Source of the DNA: Lama guanicoe | Taxonomy: Eukaryota | Assembly (NCBI GenBank): GCA_013239625.1 | Contig: MU054338.1 | Location: forward strand, 684,001 to 744,000 | Direction: 5' to 3' | DNA: 60,000 bases | Shown here: positions 35,700 to 47,560 of the stretch, one piece after another | Layout: each line of letters begins with the position of its first letter | Position numbering within the stretch: the first letter of the stretch is position 1 | Made by a program: the position numbers and the translations under genes | The notes under the pieces: generated by a model | Told to the model about the DNA's origin: nothing | Databases searched by the model: none | Seen by the model: only the letters and a program-made list of their open reading frames with translations

Positions 35700-36125
35700 G
35701 TGGGCAGTTTTCTGGGGTGGTCGGAGCAAATGATGACAAACTGGGTGGCTTCAAACCACAGAATTTTTCCTTCACAGTTCGGGTGGCCGAAAGGTACCCA
35801 GGTGACATCCACAGGCTCCAGGGGAGAGTCCTTCCTTCCAGCCTCTTCCAGTGTCCAGTGGCTTAGGGGAAATCTCTGGCATCCCTGGTTTGAAGCTGTG
35901 TCACCCCGATCTCCCTCTGTTGTCACGTGGCCCTGCCCTGTGTCTGTGTCCAAATGTCCCTCTTCTGACAAGGACACCAGCCGTCACATCAGGGCCGCCT
36001 CGTCTAGCATGCTTTCATCTTAACGTCATCACGTCCACAAAGACCTGGTTTCCAGGTGAGTTCCCGGTCGCAGCTCCCGGGGGCTGGGATGTGGACCTAC
36101 CTTTTGGGAGGACCCAGTGCAACCT
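35700..36125 (-). mobile_element. MLT1 LTR
   Basis: ACAAACTGGGTGGCTTCAAACCACAGAATTT...AAATGTCCCTCTTCTGACAAGGACACCAG. Confidence 0.8.
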
Positions 36126-36269
36126 TTGACATTGCGTGTAAGAAAACTTACCTTTAAAAAAAAGAAAAAAGAAAAAAGAAAACTTACCTTTAAAGATTAG
36201 AAAAGTCTAAATTTGTATAAATTTCATGCATATGCCACTGGGGAAAAATCAAGATTCTTCTTTGACAAT

Positions 36270-36520
36270 GATTTCTGGCCAGAGGATCCTGTGGAGACAT
36301 GAAAACTAAATGCAACGTGAAACCCCAGATGGGGTCCAGGAGCAGAAGGAAGACGTTAGTGCAATAATGAGTGAAATGTAAGGAAGGTGGGTTTCCTCGT
36401 GAGACATGACCTCCTGGCAGGGGCTCCCCTGGGGAGCTGGGTGTCAGGAACCCAGCACACCGGCCTTGCAACTATTCTGTGACTCAAATTATTCCACACT
36501 AGAAATTTCACTTAAAAAAA
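36270..36520 (+). mobile_element. L1MC/ME-like 3' fragment
   Basis: AGACATGAAAACTAAATGCAACGTG...TTGCAACTATTCTGTGACTCAAATTATTCC. Confidence 0.55.
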
Positions 36521-37039
36521 GACATTCTTGGGTCGTTCACAGAACCACAGCGCCCTAGGAGAAATTTCAGATACGTTTCTTGGTAACCTTGGGGTGAGGG
36601 CATCCTATCCAAATCTACTCTACACGCCAGAGACCCTATGGAGAAAACCTTCAGAGATCTGAGCACTGAAACGTTCACAACAAATTACACGTGTGTAACC
36701 GTTGGGACACACGCTATCTTTCATATAAAAACATCTGCCGGGAATCAGCAAAGAACAACAGCCCAGGAGAAGAACGAGTAATGTCTGTGGGAATGCAGAC
36801 GGGAGAGTTGCGGTGAACAGGGAGAGGCGTTCAGCCCAGCAGCCAAAGAAGTCGCCTGGAAAGGGGTGCCTTGTCTGGGTTTTTTTGGCGGGGTTTTTGA
36901 GGGCTGTGTGACTAATAAAACTTAACCTGACTCCACTGTGTGTATCCTTCGTGCATTATATTACGATAAATATTGGTAAATACACTTAATTTTTTTTTTT
37001 TTACTAATAGCCTGTATCGTCTGTTATTAAAGGTTTAAC

Positions 37040-37460
37040 ACATCCTCGGTGAAATAAGTCAGAGAAACACAAACACTGCTGAATCTCACGTCTGTGTGGA
37101 GCCTGAAGCAGCGGTGGAGCTCACAGATGCCGAGAACAGGTGGGGGCTTGCGGGCACGGGGCGCTGCTGAAGGGGGTCGGAAAGCCCGAGCTCGCAGGAG
37201 CAGGCAACACGCACTCTGGAGACCACAGCTAGCACCGTGGCCTGTGTTTGAGCATTGCTAATAGAGATCTTGAGCGTTCTCATCTCCAGACAAACTTATT
37301 TGTAAGCCAAGTGTGGTGACGGATGTTAACCAGACTTACTGTGGTGATCCTGTCGCAGTACACACAAATGCGAAACCATTTGGTTATATACATGAAATTA
37401 GCACAGTGGGATATGTCAATGCTATCTCAATTTTCTGGGGAAAAAGAAAAGCGACCTAAA
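37040..37460 (+). mobile_element. L1MA-like 3' end
   Basis: GTGAAATAAGTCAGAGAAACACAAA...GGATGTTAACCAGACTTACTGTGGTGATC...ATATGTCAATGCTATCTCAAT. Confidence 0.75.
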
Positions 37461-37469
37461 AAAATTGAA

Positions 37470-38260
37470 ATGCACTGGAAGACAGGTGGCCCCACAAGTC
37501 AACACGAGTGAGCACAGGCCCTGGACCCCGCGGCTGCGCTTCCAGAAACGCGCTGTCTGAGGGTCACAGCGGTCGGGGCACCCTGTGTCCAGGGCTGCTC
37601 CCACCAGCGACCCGCGCACTCATCCCCAGGAAACCTGGGGAAGCACTCCCATGTGGAGGCAGCCGAGTAGTCCCTGCAGGCCGGAGGGTGTGTCCGTGGC
37701 CAGTGATGAGGGACGCTGTCCCCGAGACGGCAGGGGCGGGGGAAGGCTCGCCACACAGCACGTAAGACGCTTAGGACGCGACCCAGCAGTCGTTGTCTTC
37801 ATCCCTGGCGTTCATCCCAGGGAAACGGACGTTCACGTCCTGCACGCGCCCTGCCCACGGACATGCGTGGCAGCTGATTTTCGAAAACCGAAGATGGGAG
37901 CCGCCCCAGATGCCCTCAGTGGGTGCCTGGCGACGCTGGCTAGGACTGATGCAGGAGCAGACCGCCAGGACGGAGAGCACAGTGCAGGGCTTCCCCGGGC
38001 GCCGCGCTGAGCGGGGAAGCAGCTCCAGGGCTCCAGGCGGCGCGGCTGCCTGTGCAGAGCACCCCCGCGGTGACAGGGACAGAGAAGAGCCGGGGCGCCC
38101 CAGGGGCGCGGCGGGGGTGGGGGTCTGTCGGGGCGGCTGGAGGGAGCTCTCTGTGGGGACGGAGACATCTCATGTCTTGACCGGGGCGGTGGGTACACGA
38201 ACCTACACATGAGGTACAACGATGCGGCTCACGCATGTAATCGATGCAAAGAAGCCTGCA
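37470..38260 (+). mobile_element. Heavily GC-shifted L1MC-like relic, copy H
   Basis: Layout resembles L1 3' ORF2/UTR (GACCCAGCAGTC..., CATCCCAGGGAAA..., CCCAGATGCCCTCAGTGGGTG); 3' part matches 56570-57000. Confidence 0.6.
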
Positions 38261-41200
38261 CGCACATGGGCCGCTGCTTCTGAGCCCGGGGGGAGCCGGG
38301 CGCGGCTGTGCCTCTCTGGACCGGCTCTGCACGCTCCTGGGACCCCGTCATTATTTCCAGATAAAACGTAAAATAAATACATAAACAGAGCAGCATAAAC
38401 AACGCGACCCCACTTGTGTGACAGCGCGCAGACCCCTGACGGGGTGCTTGAGGGCTGGCGACGTTCGTCCGATGCAGGGGACTGTCTCCTTTCCCCTTTT
38501 GTCCGTTTTCTGAATGTCAAAAGAATTTTCCCGCCAGGCTGGGTTTTCACTACACATAAAAGGCAGTTTTTAGTTTTTTTGAAAATAGACCCCTCTACTT
38601 GGCCGTCTCCGTCCGCGCGTTCTGTTTTCCAACACCCGGTGAACGGACGGTAACCGGCCTCCTCTGTGGTCCAGGGCCTGACAGTCTGTGATTTTACAGT
38701 TGTCGCCGTTTCCCAGAGGAGGGTCACAGAAGGGCAGCGATAACCCTGCTCAGACAGGGAATTAGTGTCAGCGCCGGGCCGGGGTGCGAGGCCGGCTCTC
38801 GGACACCTGCCCTTTGGCCTCCGCGCCGGCCGACCCCCAGGTGTCCCTGGGCCCGCTGCCCAATACGGAACAGTCCTTGTCTTCCCACTGGTTGCGACAA
38901 TGGGATACCAGCATTGTAGATGGCGTGAGAAGCACACAAAACCACTCCAGACCAAACCGAGCCACACACTCTCCACCCGACGGTCCGGCTCAGAAGCCGC
39001 CCCAATGCCGAGGGGCGCGTGCCCTCGGCTCCCCAGTGCACGCGTCCCGGTGCCTGTGTGCGCACACGCGTCCTCCTTTCTTTCCCCAAACGGGGTGTCT
39101 GCCTGCAGACGTGTCACCCGTGCGTCACTTAACAGTGTTTTAGCACCAGGGCCCTTTCCCCACGTGGACTGTTCTTCTGGGCCAGAATTTTTGGTGGCTG
39201 CCCAGTCCTCCTTCCGGTCAGGGCCATGGTTTGGCCCCCGCTGTGACTTCTGCCCCGGGGCAGACCCCCCCACCCTACGGGCTCTGGACAGGCGTCACCC
39301 AGTTGCCCTCTGGGAGGGCGGCTCAGGTCTGTGAGCCCTGCCCGAGCAGGGCCGGGTGGACTTCGCTGATTTCAGAGGCCCCAGAGGCAGGCTGTTACTT
39401 TACCACGTGTGGGATCACAGGGTGCGCCGGCCCTTTCCTGCCTCTCCAGGTGTTTTTAGTGCTTGTGTGTTCCTGTCGCCTGCTGCCTTGTCTCCGGTTT
39501 TATTTTTGCCTCCGGGACCTTAGCCTCCTTTCTCCTGGCTGGGGCTGGGATGGAGGAGGTGAGGTGTGGCGGTGGGGAGTGGCGTGGCTTGGGGGTGGCG
39601 GGATCTGTGGCGCATGTTCTATCTTCTTTCTCGATGGCCCCAGAATGGCCCTAGACCCTGTGGGGCAGAGATGGCCCATATCTGGAAGTGGAGGGGACGA
39701 ATGGCTTGGATAGGGGGCAAGGAAGTTGGATGCCCACGCTGTTCCCTACCTGGGAAGCCCCACACAGGTCCGAGGGCCACCTGCCACCTCCCGTCCACCA
39801 CCCGCCCAGTCCTTCAGGTGAGAAATTCTGTGTCTCCTTCTGAGGGTTTCCCCCTTTGGCTCCAAGCAAAGTGCCCTGCAGTTACGTCCAAGTCTGCCTA
39901 AGACACTTCCTGCTCAGGGACCTACGGCAAGCAGGCAGCGTCTCCTGGATCCGGCGCTAATGGTGGGCGAGTGGCCCAGAGCCTGGAGGAGGACCCGGGT
40001 GGGCTGAGAGGGGCCGAGGTGGGCAGGATGGGACAGACGGACCTGCTGGGGGACCGCCGCAGCTCAGCTCCTGGTGCGACAGGGGGCGAGGCCAACGCCC
40101 CCGTCCTACCCCATGCTCACTGGGGGGCCACCTCTGCGCCTGAGAGGCCTCTGACCCTGCCCTGGCCGCGGGGCCACACTTGGCGGGACCCTAGAGTCTG
40201 GGGGAGGGGCGGGGCAGGCGAGGAGGGGAGATGGGGGTATAATGGGATGCTGAACACTCCCATGGGGCCCGGTTCTCCCCAAATCGGCCGGACACGGCTG
40301 TGGAAAGCCGTGGCCCGGGGCCCTGTGAGGTGCCGGGTGCACAATACTGGCTGTCGTCCCGTGTTTTCTGCGGTCCCTGCCTGCTGTCCGCCCTCCCCAG
40401 GGCTGTTGTGGAGACAGGGGGCTGAGAGCCCTTCCAGGCAGGCTGTCTTTGTCACTGTTCTGTGCGTCCCTTGGGGGAGACAATAGGGGACACCTTCCTT
40501 TCCACCCTCTGGAAAAGGCGGGTGACAGCTCTTGGCTGACGGCGGTCACTATGGCAGTCACGGTCAGACCCTGGTCGTCTGGGCACTTGAGGGCTCTCGG
40601 GGTGTAGGGGAGGCGGGAAGGCGGCCCCCTCCTCCCAGCCGCTCCACCCGGGTACCGGCCACGCTTGGAGCCAGCAGCACCCTGCCCGATGACCCGCGTG
40701 TTTCTGGTGCGCGCGGAGCTCCCTCGGGCAGGTGGCGGAGTCGGTGGACTCAGGAGCCAGCTGTTAGAGGGGCTGGTACGGGCTGGGCTTGGGCTGAGGG
40801 CAGGAGCTGGAAACACGGGTGATTATCCGACCACTGAGGATCAGAGCCAGGGGGCTGAGCAAGTGGGAGGGGACCTGGGGGGACCCACGTCTCGGAGCTG
40901 CCTGGTGCAAAATTGTGGAAAGTGCAGCATTCAGCTGACTTGAAAACGGTATTGAGAAGAAAGGAGGGCAGACCCAACCTTGGCGACGGTGGAAGAGCAA
41001 GGGCTCCCAGGCAGCGAGAAGGGACAGAGCTTCTCAGATTTTTAAAGAAGAAGCCGCTGGCCCCCTGTCAGCCAGCCCCAGAAGTCACCAGTTTTGCACA
41101 TCTTCAGCTCACGCAGAGCCCATGGCAGGCGTCGCGTCCTAGGGGGTGGGCTGGCGCGCCTGACCTGCAGGAGAGACCGGGAGCGTGGGCCAGAGTGCTT

Positions 41201-41799
41201 CACACTGCTCTCGGCTTCCCCGCTCACAGCCTGCAGTGTGACACGGGCCCCAGATCCATGAATAAAACACGAGGCGGGCGCTGGGGTTGCCTCTCCTATG
41301 GCGAATGTGTGATCAGCGCAAAACTGCAGGGCCGGCGCGGGGCTGTGCGTGGAGGCTGCCGCGCCCCAGTGGCAATCAACGACTCACGCTCAGTCGGCTG
41401 ACCGCCCCGGCGGCCCTGGATCCAGTGCACCTGACGGGACTGGAGTCCGAGACGCGCGTTAGGCGCCGGCCGCCTGTGCCCCCCAGGGCTGGGTGTGCCC
41501 CCTTCCTCAGGCCTGGTCTGCATCTCACCCAGCTGGGGCTGCGGGACTGGGAAGGAGGGGAGAAGCTGGACACCTGGGCCCAGCTTGAGCACAGGATGGC
41601 TCTCCGGGTAGGGGGTGGCGGTGCTTGGAGGGGCTGTTCCCACCCTGGGGTGGGGGGCATCCTGACTGCTGTGAGGCCCGGAGCACGGTGTCCCAGCCTG
41701 GCTGGGGAGGACGTCCTCCAGCTGCAGAGCAGGGCCCGCCCCCAGTCCTGCTGGGTGCCTCGGCTTCTGAGACAAATTCCTCCCCAAGTGATCCCTGCG

Positions 41800-42065
41800 G
41801 GTTTTTCAACTGAGGTGAAATTTGCATAAAATGAAAGTACCCATTTTGAAGTGAGCAATTCAGCTGCTCTCAGTACATTTGCAAGCTTGTGCAACCACAG
41901 CCTCTAGTTCCAGAACATTTCGTCACCCCAAAAGAGCCCCGTCCCCATCAGCGGTCACCCCCACCCCCTCCCCAGCCCTGACAGCCAGGAACCGCCCCCC
42001 TGAGTCTGTGGACTGGCCTGTTCTGGACGCCTCCCGTCCGTGGACTCACGCACTGCGTGGCTGCA
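41800..42065 (-). mobile_element. L1MB-like 3' end relic, copy E
   Basis: ACTGAGGTGAAATTTGCATAAAATGAAAGTACCCATTTTGAAGTG...CTAGTTCCAGAACATTTCGTCACCCC. Confidence 0.8.
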
Positions 42066-42859
42066 GGCAGTGTCTCAGCGTAAGCAGGTCCTGATGCTGC
42101 CCCATACGCTTTCGCCGAAAGTTACTCGTCGTCTGAAGCGCACTTCCGCTGGCCATCCCGGACTCCTGTTTGCTGTGCCTGGCAGCCTCTTGGCCCAGGG
42201 CCCCTGCGGCTGGCATGCGCGTGGGTGCTGTGGCAGGACCCCTGTCCGCACCGGCTGCCCCGGGGCTGCCTTTCCCGGGGAGCCCAGCGAGAAGGTGAGG
42301 GTGTGAGGCAGCGGTGGGCCCTGTGCAGTGGGACCATCCTCTGTGCGCAGTGAGGGGGAGCCCGCCGCGCCCGAAGACCCTGACCTGGCACAGAGACCCT
42401 GCAGCTGCTGCAGACTCCTGAGGATGTAGACAGCGCCTTCACGCAGGCCGGGGAAGAAGGACCGGGCTCCTGGCCCCAGGGAGCTGCCCAGGTACGCAAA
42501 GGGCACCAGAGAAACCTGCTTCCGAACCATGAGTGAAACCCATCATTTGCCTGAAGGTGAAAATGGAAAGCCGCAAAGCTGTATCAGGGCCACGAGGGAG
42601 ACAGACACCCCCATGGGCCTCCCGGGGCTGGCTGTGACGTAGAGGGACCCCTGACTCCCGGCACAGGCCTGGGTCCTGCCGCCACCCTGGGTCAGGGCAG
42701 GGGGACCCATGGTTCTAGGAGACCAGACATGCAGTGCAGGCCCTCAGCTGGCCGCCCACTGCCCATCAGAGAATGACCCCTTGGCCACCCTGCGACCAAT
42801 CTGGCTGACTGCTTCACAGGCCAAGTGCTTGTAAAGTGCTTTCTGGACCTTTTATTACG

Positions 42860-43245
42860 ATGCTTACTGTTCTGAATAGACTTTTTAGGTCAGTCTTAGA
42901 TTCACGGGAAAGTTGCAATGAGAGCACACAGTTGCCACGCGCCGTGCACCCAGGGGCCCCTGTTGATAACACTTCACGTCGTTCTGGGACGTTGTCACCA
43001 CCCACAGCCGAACACGGACCCATCAGGGGTAACCAAAGCTCACAAGCTACCCCAGTCTCCTCCATCTGCCCTGACGTCCACTCTGCCCAGGGCCCTCAGG
43101 CCCCCGCTCTGGGCCTTGTTAGCTGCCCTGGGCAGTCCGATCAGACGGGGACGGTCAGGAGTCAGGCGGACGCCCCTCCCCTGGGGTTTGCTGGTGTGTT
43201 TCTCATGGTCAGTCTTGGGTGATGGCTTTTGGGGAGGAAGATGAA
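42860..43245 (-). mobile_element. L1MC-like relic
   Basis: AATAGACTTTTTAGGTCAGTCTTAGATTCACGGGAAAGTTGCAA...TTTCTCATGGTCAGTCTTGGGTGATGGCTTTTGGGAGGAAGA. Confidence 0.6.
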
Positions 43246-43267
43246 CACATCATAAAAGCAGTTTTTA

Positions 43268-43430
43268 TTTATATTTATTAAATTTTTTTGGAGGTAGGCA
43301 GATAATTAGGTTTATTTATTTATTTATTTTAACATTTTTTGTTATTTATTTTAATAGAGGTACTGATGATTGAACCCAGGACCTTGTGCATGCTAAGCAA
43401 AACACTCTACCACTGAGCTACACCCTCCCC
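43268..43430 (-). mobile_element. tRNA-Ala-derived SINE (Vic-1-like)
   Basis: GATTGAACCCAGGACCTTGTGCATGCTAAGCA...CCACTGAGCTACACCCTCCCC; TSD aaaagcagttttta / aaaagcacttttta. Confidence 0.9.
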
Positions 43431-44429
43431 ACAAAAGCACTTTTTAAATGACAAAGCTTTTAAGTGGTAGAAATTTTGGTGAAAGCAGAACTCAGAAAAG
43501 AGAGTAAAAAAAAGTCCACTAAACGAACTATGCACGTATCCACGTGTGTGTGTGTATATTTTAACAATATAATACAGAATTTAAAAGGGTGAGACCGTAT
43601 CATAATACTGTCTTGAAAAAAAAACCAACGGCTTCATTGAGACCTAGTTTACCTACCATACGATTCACCTATTCCAAGGGGTACAATTCAGTGGTTTCTG
43701 GAATGTTACATTATCAATTTTTTTTAATCACGTCAAATACATATGACAGAAAATGTGCCGTGTGAACCACTCGCAGATCAGCATCAATTCTTGGTATTGC
43801 TTTAAAAATTTGGTAATTTGGAGTTAGTCTCTTTTTCTAATTTGCCGTGCAGGTAAAGGCATCTTTGCCCCAAGTTTATGAGACATTGCAATTCTCTTCT
43901 TGTTGGGCACCTGCTCCTTTATGGAACGTCCCTTGTTCCGGGCGACCGGCTGAGGTCTGTGGAACAGAGTTATCCCGCCTTTCCCAGCAGAAACCTGCAG
44001 ACGCGCCTCCCGCCGGGCGACACCCTCCACACGGTGCAGCCTGGCTCCCCCTTCCTGGGAAGTAGGTCAGGGTTTTAGCTCATGGTCTACTTCCAAGGAT
44101 GCTGTGAGCTGTCAGGTTCAAAAAACCACTTGGAAACCACGAGACAACATGCGTCGTCGGTTTCCACGCGGCAAGGAGCCGCGCCGGCTCCTGGGTGCGG
44201 GCGCCCCTGGCCCGCGGTTCTCAGCCCCCCGCCCAGCCCAGCCGCCTCGCAGCGGCTCCTGGTCCCCCGCGCTCTCAGACAGGGACATAGAGCCTTTCTG
44301 TGCAGACTGTGTTTTATTGTTTAGGACAGGCTATTGGTGAAGTGCTAGGTCCTCTGAGCCGCGGGGAGCTCAGTGCCACCCTGAGGCTGATTTTCTGGGG
44401 CTGCTCACCCTGGGCCCTCGGCCCCAGGA

Positions 44430-44895
44430 GCTGGAGCGGTTTCCTGCGGTGGCTGGAACGAATCACCACAATCTTAGCGGCTTAAAACCACAGAGATCTA
44501 TTCTCTGATGGTCCCGAAGTTCAGGGGTCTGACTCGGGCCTCACGGGGCTAAACCCAGGCCTGGGCGGGGCTGGTCCCTCCGGAGGCTCCAGGGAGAAGC
44601 GGCTCCTGCCTCTTCCAGCTCCTAGAGGCTCCGCATCCCTGGCTCGCGGCCACTCCCTCCACCCTCACCGCCAGCAGCGCAGCATCCCCCGTCTCTCTCT
44701 GACTCTGACCTCCCACCTCCGTCTGATGAGGACCTTGTGAGGACACAGGGCCCCCCGGGGAATCCAGGGTCACCCCCATCCCAGGGGCCTTAAACCCACC
44801 TGCAGAGTCCCTTCTGCCCCGTGAGGTGACACGTCCCCAGTTCCGGTTGGACCAGGACAGGGGTGGGGGTGTCTCTGGGGGCTGCTCTAACACCT
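44430..44895 (-). mobile_element. MLT1 LTR (near full length)
   Basis: ACCACAATCTTAGCGGCTTAAAACCACAGA...CCTCTTCCAGCTCCTAGAGGC...CACCTGCAGAGTCCCTTCTGCC. Confidence 0.8.
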
Positions 44896-45669
44896 GCTTA
44901 GTGAGTTGGGAACATTTTCTGTGTGGCTCTCGGCACCCATCTCCGTGGCCTGGAGACAAAGTCCATGAAGGGCTGTGGTGAGCTAGGTGGGCGGAGGGTC
45001 TGGGGCATGCCGGCTGTGGCGGAGGAGGGCAGACACAGAGAACCCCCTACCCTGAAGCACCCCCAGGGGCCCAGAGGGCAGGTGCCGCCCGATGTCAGGG
45101 GCACAGGCAGGGCCTTGGGAGGCTGGACAGGCCAGGAGCCACACAGGTCCAAGCAGGCAGCTCTGAGCACCCTGCTCGTGGAAGGGCTGCATGGGCTGGA
45201 GGGGGCCAGGGAGGCTGCAGAGGTGCCCAGCCATGAGTGCAGGGCCTGGGGCGGGAGGGCCGCCGGGCTGCGAGCCACGCTGTCCTGGTCCTGGCATGGG
45301 GCTTCAGGTCTCTCTTCGGGCTGCCCCAGCCTCACTGATGGCAGGAAACAGGGCCATTGAGCCAGCAGCAGATGACGAGGGAGCAGGGACCCTGGCAGGG
45401 TGTGGGGGTCAAGGTGGACCCGGGGACTCAGGGCCACCAGAGGAGTGCCAAGGTGCCCCAGCGGTGCCCTCAAATCCCACAGTGGGGTTCACAGGTGGGA
45501 GGGAGGCGCCGAGCAGGCCATCCTCAGCCCATGGTGAGAAGTCATGTGGCCACGTGGAGTTGCAAAGACCACGGGGCCCAGCCAGATGCCCAGGGGAGGG
45601 GGAGAGAATGCTCTGGGCGCCTGTGTAGGCTGGGGTCGTGTGTGGACTCACGTCCTCAGAGTTCGGGTT

Positions 45670-46090
45670 TTGTTATTGGCGAAATGTGTCCTCCTCCCCA
45701 AAATTCAGAAGCTGAAGTCCTGACCCCACACCTCAGAGCAGGGCCTGTTTGCAGCAGGGTCCTTGCAGGAGTGACTGGTCACGGCGAGGTCACATCGGAG
45801 CAGGTGGTCCTAATGCCGCAGGACTGGCATCCTTACAAGAGGGGACACCTGGACACGGACACACAGCGCAGGCCACGTGAAGACGGGAGCAGAGATGGGT
45901 GATGCTCCTGCAAGCCCAGGGTTGCCAGCAACCCCAGAAGCCGGGGGGGAGCAGGGTGGGTGGCCAGGAGCCAGCCCTGTGACACCCTCCCTTCAGGCTT
46001 CGAGGCCCTGGAACTGGGAGGGGACGCGTTTCTGCGGTTGAAGCCACCCTGTTTGTGGTGCTTTGTCGTGGCCGCCCTGTACAGGAGCCC
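45670..46090 (+). mobile_element. MLT1 LTR (near full length)
   Basis: TGTTATTGGCGAAATGTGTCCTCC...GAAGTCCTGACCCC...TTGAAGCCACCCTGTTTGTGGTGCTTTGT. Confidence 0.8.
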
Positions 46091-47184
46091 AGGGCTTGAT
46101 TTTCACTATTACTGCACAAGACAGGCTGCCCTTCCCGCGTAGGTCGGAGCCCAGGGCGGCAGACGCTGTCCTCGGTTTGGTGTGTGCCACTCCCCAGACG
46201 GGGCCATCTGCCCATTTCTCAGAGCCAAGCTCACTTTTCTTGTTGCTTTGTTGTAAGCTTCAGATTTTAGAGGGGTTTGAGGTTTACAATAAAACAATGA
46301 AGGCAGTGGGGAGTCCCACACATCCCACGTCTGGCCCCACGCAGAACACTTGTCCCAACCGACAAACCTGACACACACTGACCGACGCCCACGCTTTGTT
46401 CCGATCCCCTCGCGTTCCTGGCTTGCTCGGGGTCCCCGTGACGCTCAGGCCCCCTGTCTCCTTGGCCCCTCTGGGCTGTTCTGGGTTTCTGCGTAGTGCC
46501 TTGTTTGGTGCTGTGCAGTCATCAGGGATGGGGGCAGGGGTTTTGGAGAATGTGCCCCTCCACCAGGGTCCACCTGGTGTTTCTCCTGTGGGTATTAGAC
46601 CGGGGTGGTGGCTTCAGGGACGAGTCCATCCACTCCCACCTCCGTGGGTTCTCCCGGGAAATTAGGCCGCAGACCCTGCCCTCCGGGAATCTGGTCCTCA
46701 GGGAAAGCTCAGGACACACGCCCAGCACCCCGCGTGTTTTGCCTCGCTGAGAATCGGGCTTCTCTGTTTTCTAAAACGGTTTCCTTTGGGAGTTATGTAT
46801 GTTTTACTCGCATCTCATGTCCTTTAAAAATGAAAGGGTGCCGCCTGTATCTGTGATCCTAAATGAAACGTCCACTTTGTCCTGCTTTTGACCCTTAAAG
46901 GCAATCAGACTCCAAAAAAGAAATTAAAGGAAAACCTCAGATCTCAGAATCTGAAAACAAAAAGCAATGTTTTTGTGTGCTTAAAAAACAAAAAAAGAAA
47001 CCACTCAAGTGTTTGGTCATTCATATTTAAAAAAAAAATTGCCCTTTCTTGGATTTCAGAAGGAGATACTTCTTTCAGGCGCTGGTGGCTCTCTCCAGGA
47101 CCATTTTAGAGGAAACTGTATGTTCTTTTAAACTGAAAAAGGCAGCACATCGGCGGAGACACCTTTGATAGAGATTCTACCCAC

Positions 47185-47375
47185 AGCTGCGGGTCTCAGC
47201 GGGGCAGTCCTGCCCCAGGGCGCACCAGGCCACAGCTGGGCTGTTTCACATTGTCAGGAATGGGGGGTTGCTGGCATGGAGGGGGGCAGGGATGCTGCCC
47301 CACACCCCACCACGCCCAGGATGCCCCGCAGAGGACGACCAGCCGTGGGAGGGGGAGACCCTGCCCGAGGCTGCC
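47185..47375 (+). mobile_element. MER20 (hAT-Charlie) relic
   Basis: GGTCTCAGCGGGGCAGTCCTGCCCCAGGG...GCTGGCATGGAGGGGGGCAGGGATGCTGCCCCACACCCCAC. Confidence 0.65.
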
Positions 47376-47394
47376 CGTGCGCCCCACCGTGTGC

Positions 47395-47560
47395 GTGTCT
47401 GGGTCCGAATGTCCCCTTTCTGTAAGGACGCCGTCACGTTGGAATAGGGCCCTCTGATCACACCTGCAACAACCCCGTATCCAAACAGGGTCACGTTCCG
47501 AGGTCCTGGGGCTCAGAACTTCACCTGTGAACTTGGGGGTCAGGATTCAAGCCCCAGGAC
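47395..47560 (-). mobile_element. MLT1 LTR fragment
   Basis: GTCCGAATGTCCCCTTTCTGTAAGGACGCC...CACCTGCAACAACCCCGTATCCAAACAGGGTCAC. Confidence 0.65.

Noticed and set aside
38203..39273. 356-aa minus-strand ORF
   Set aside because: No recognisable domain, no exon structure, GC-rich background and overlap with repeat relics
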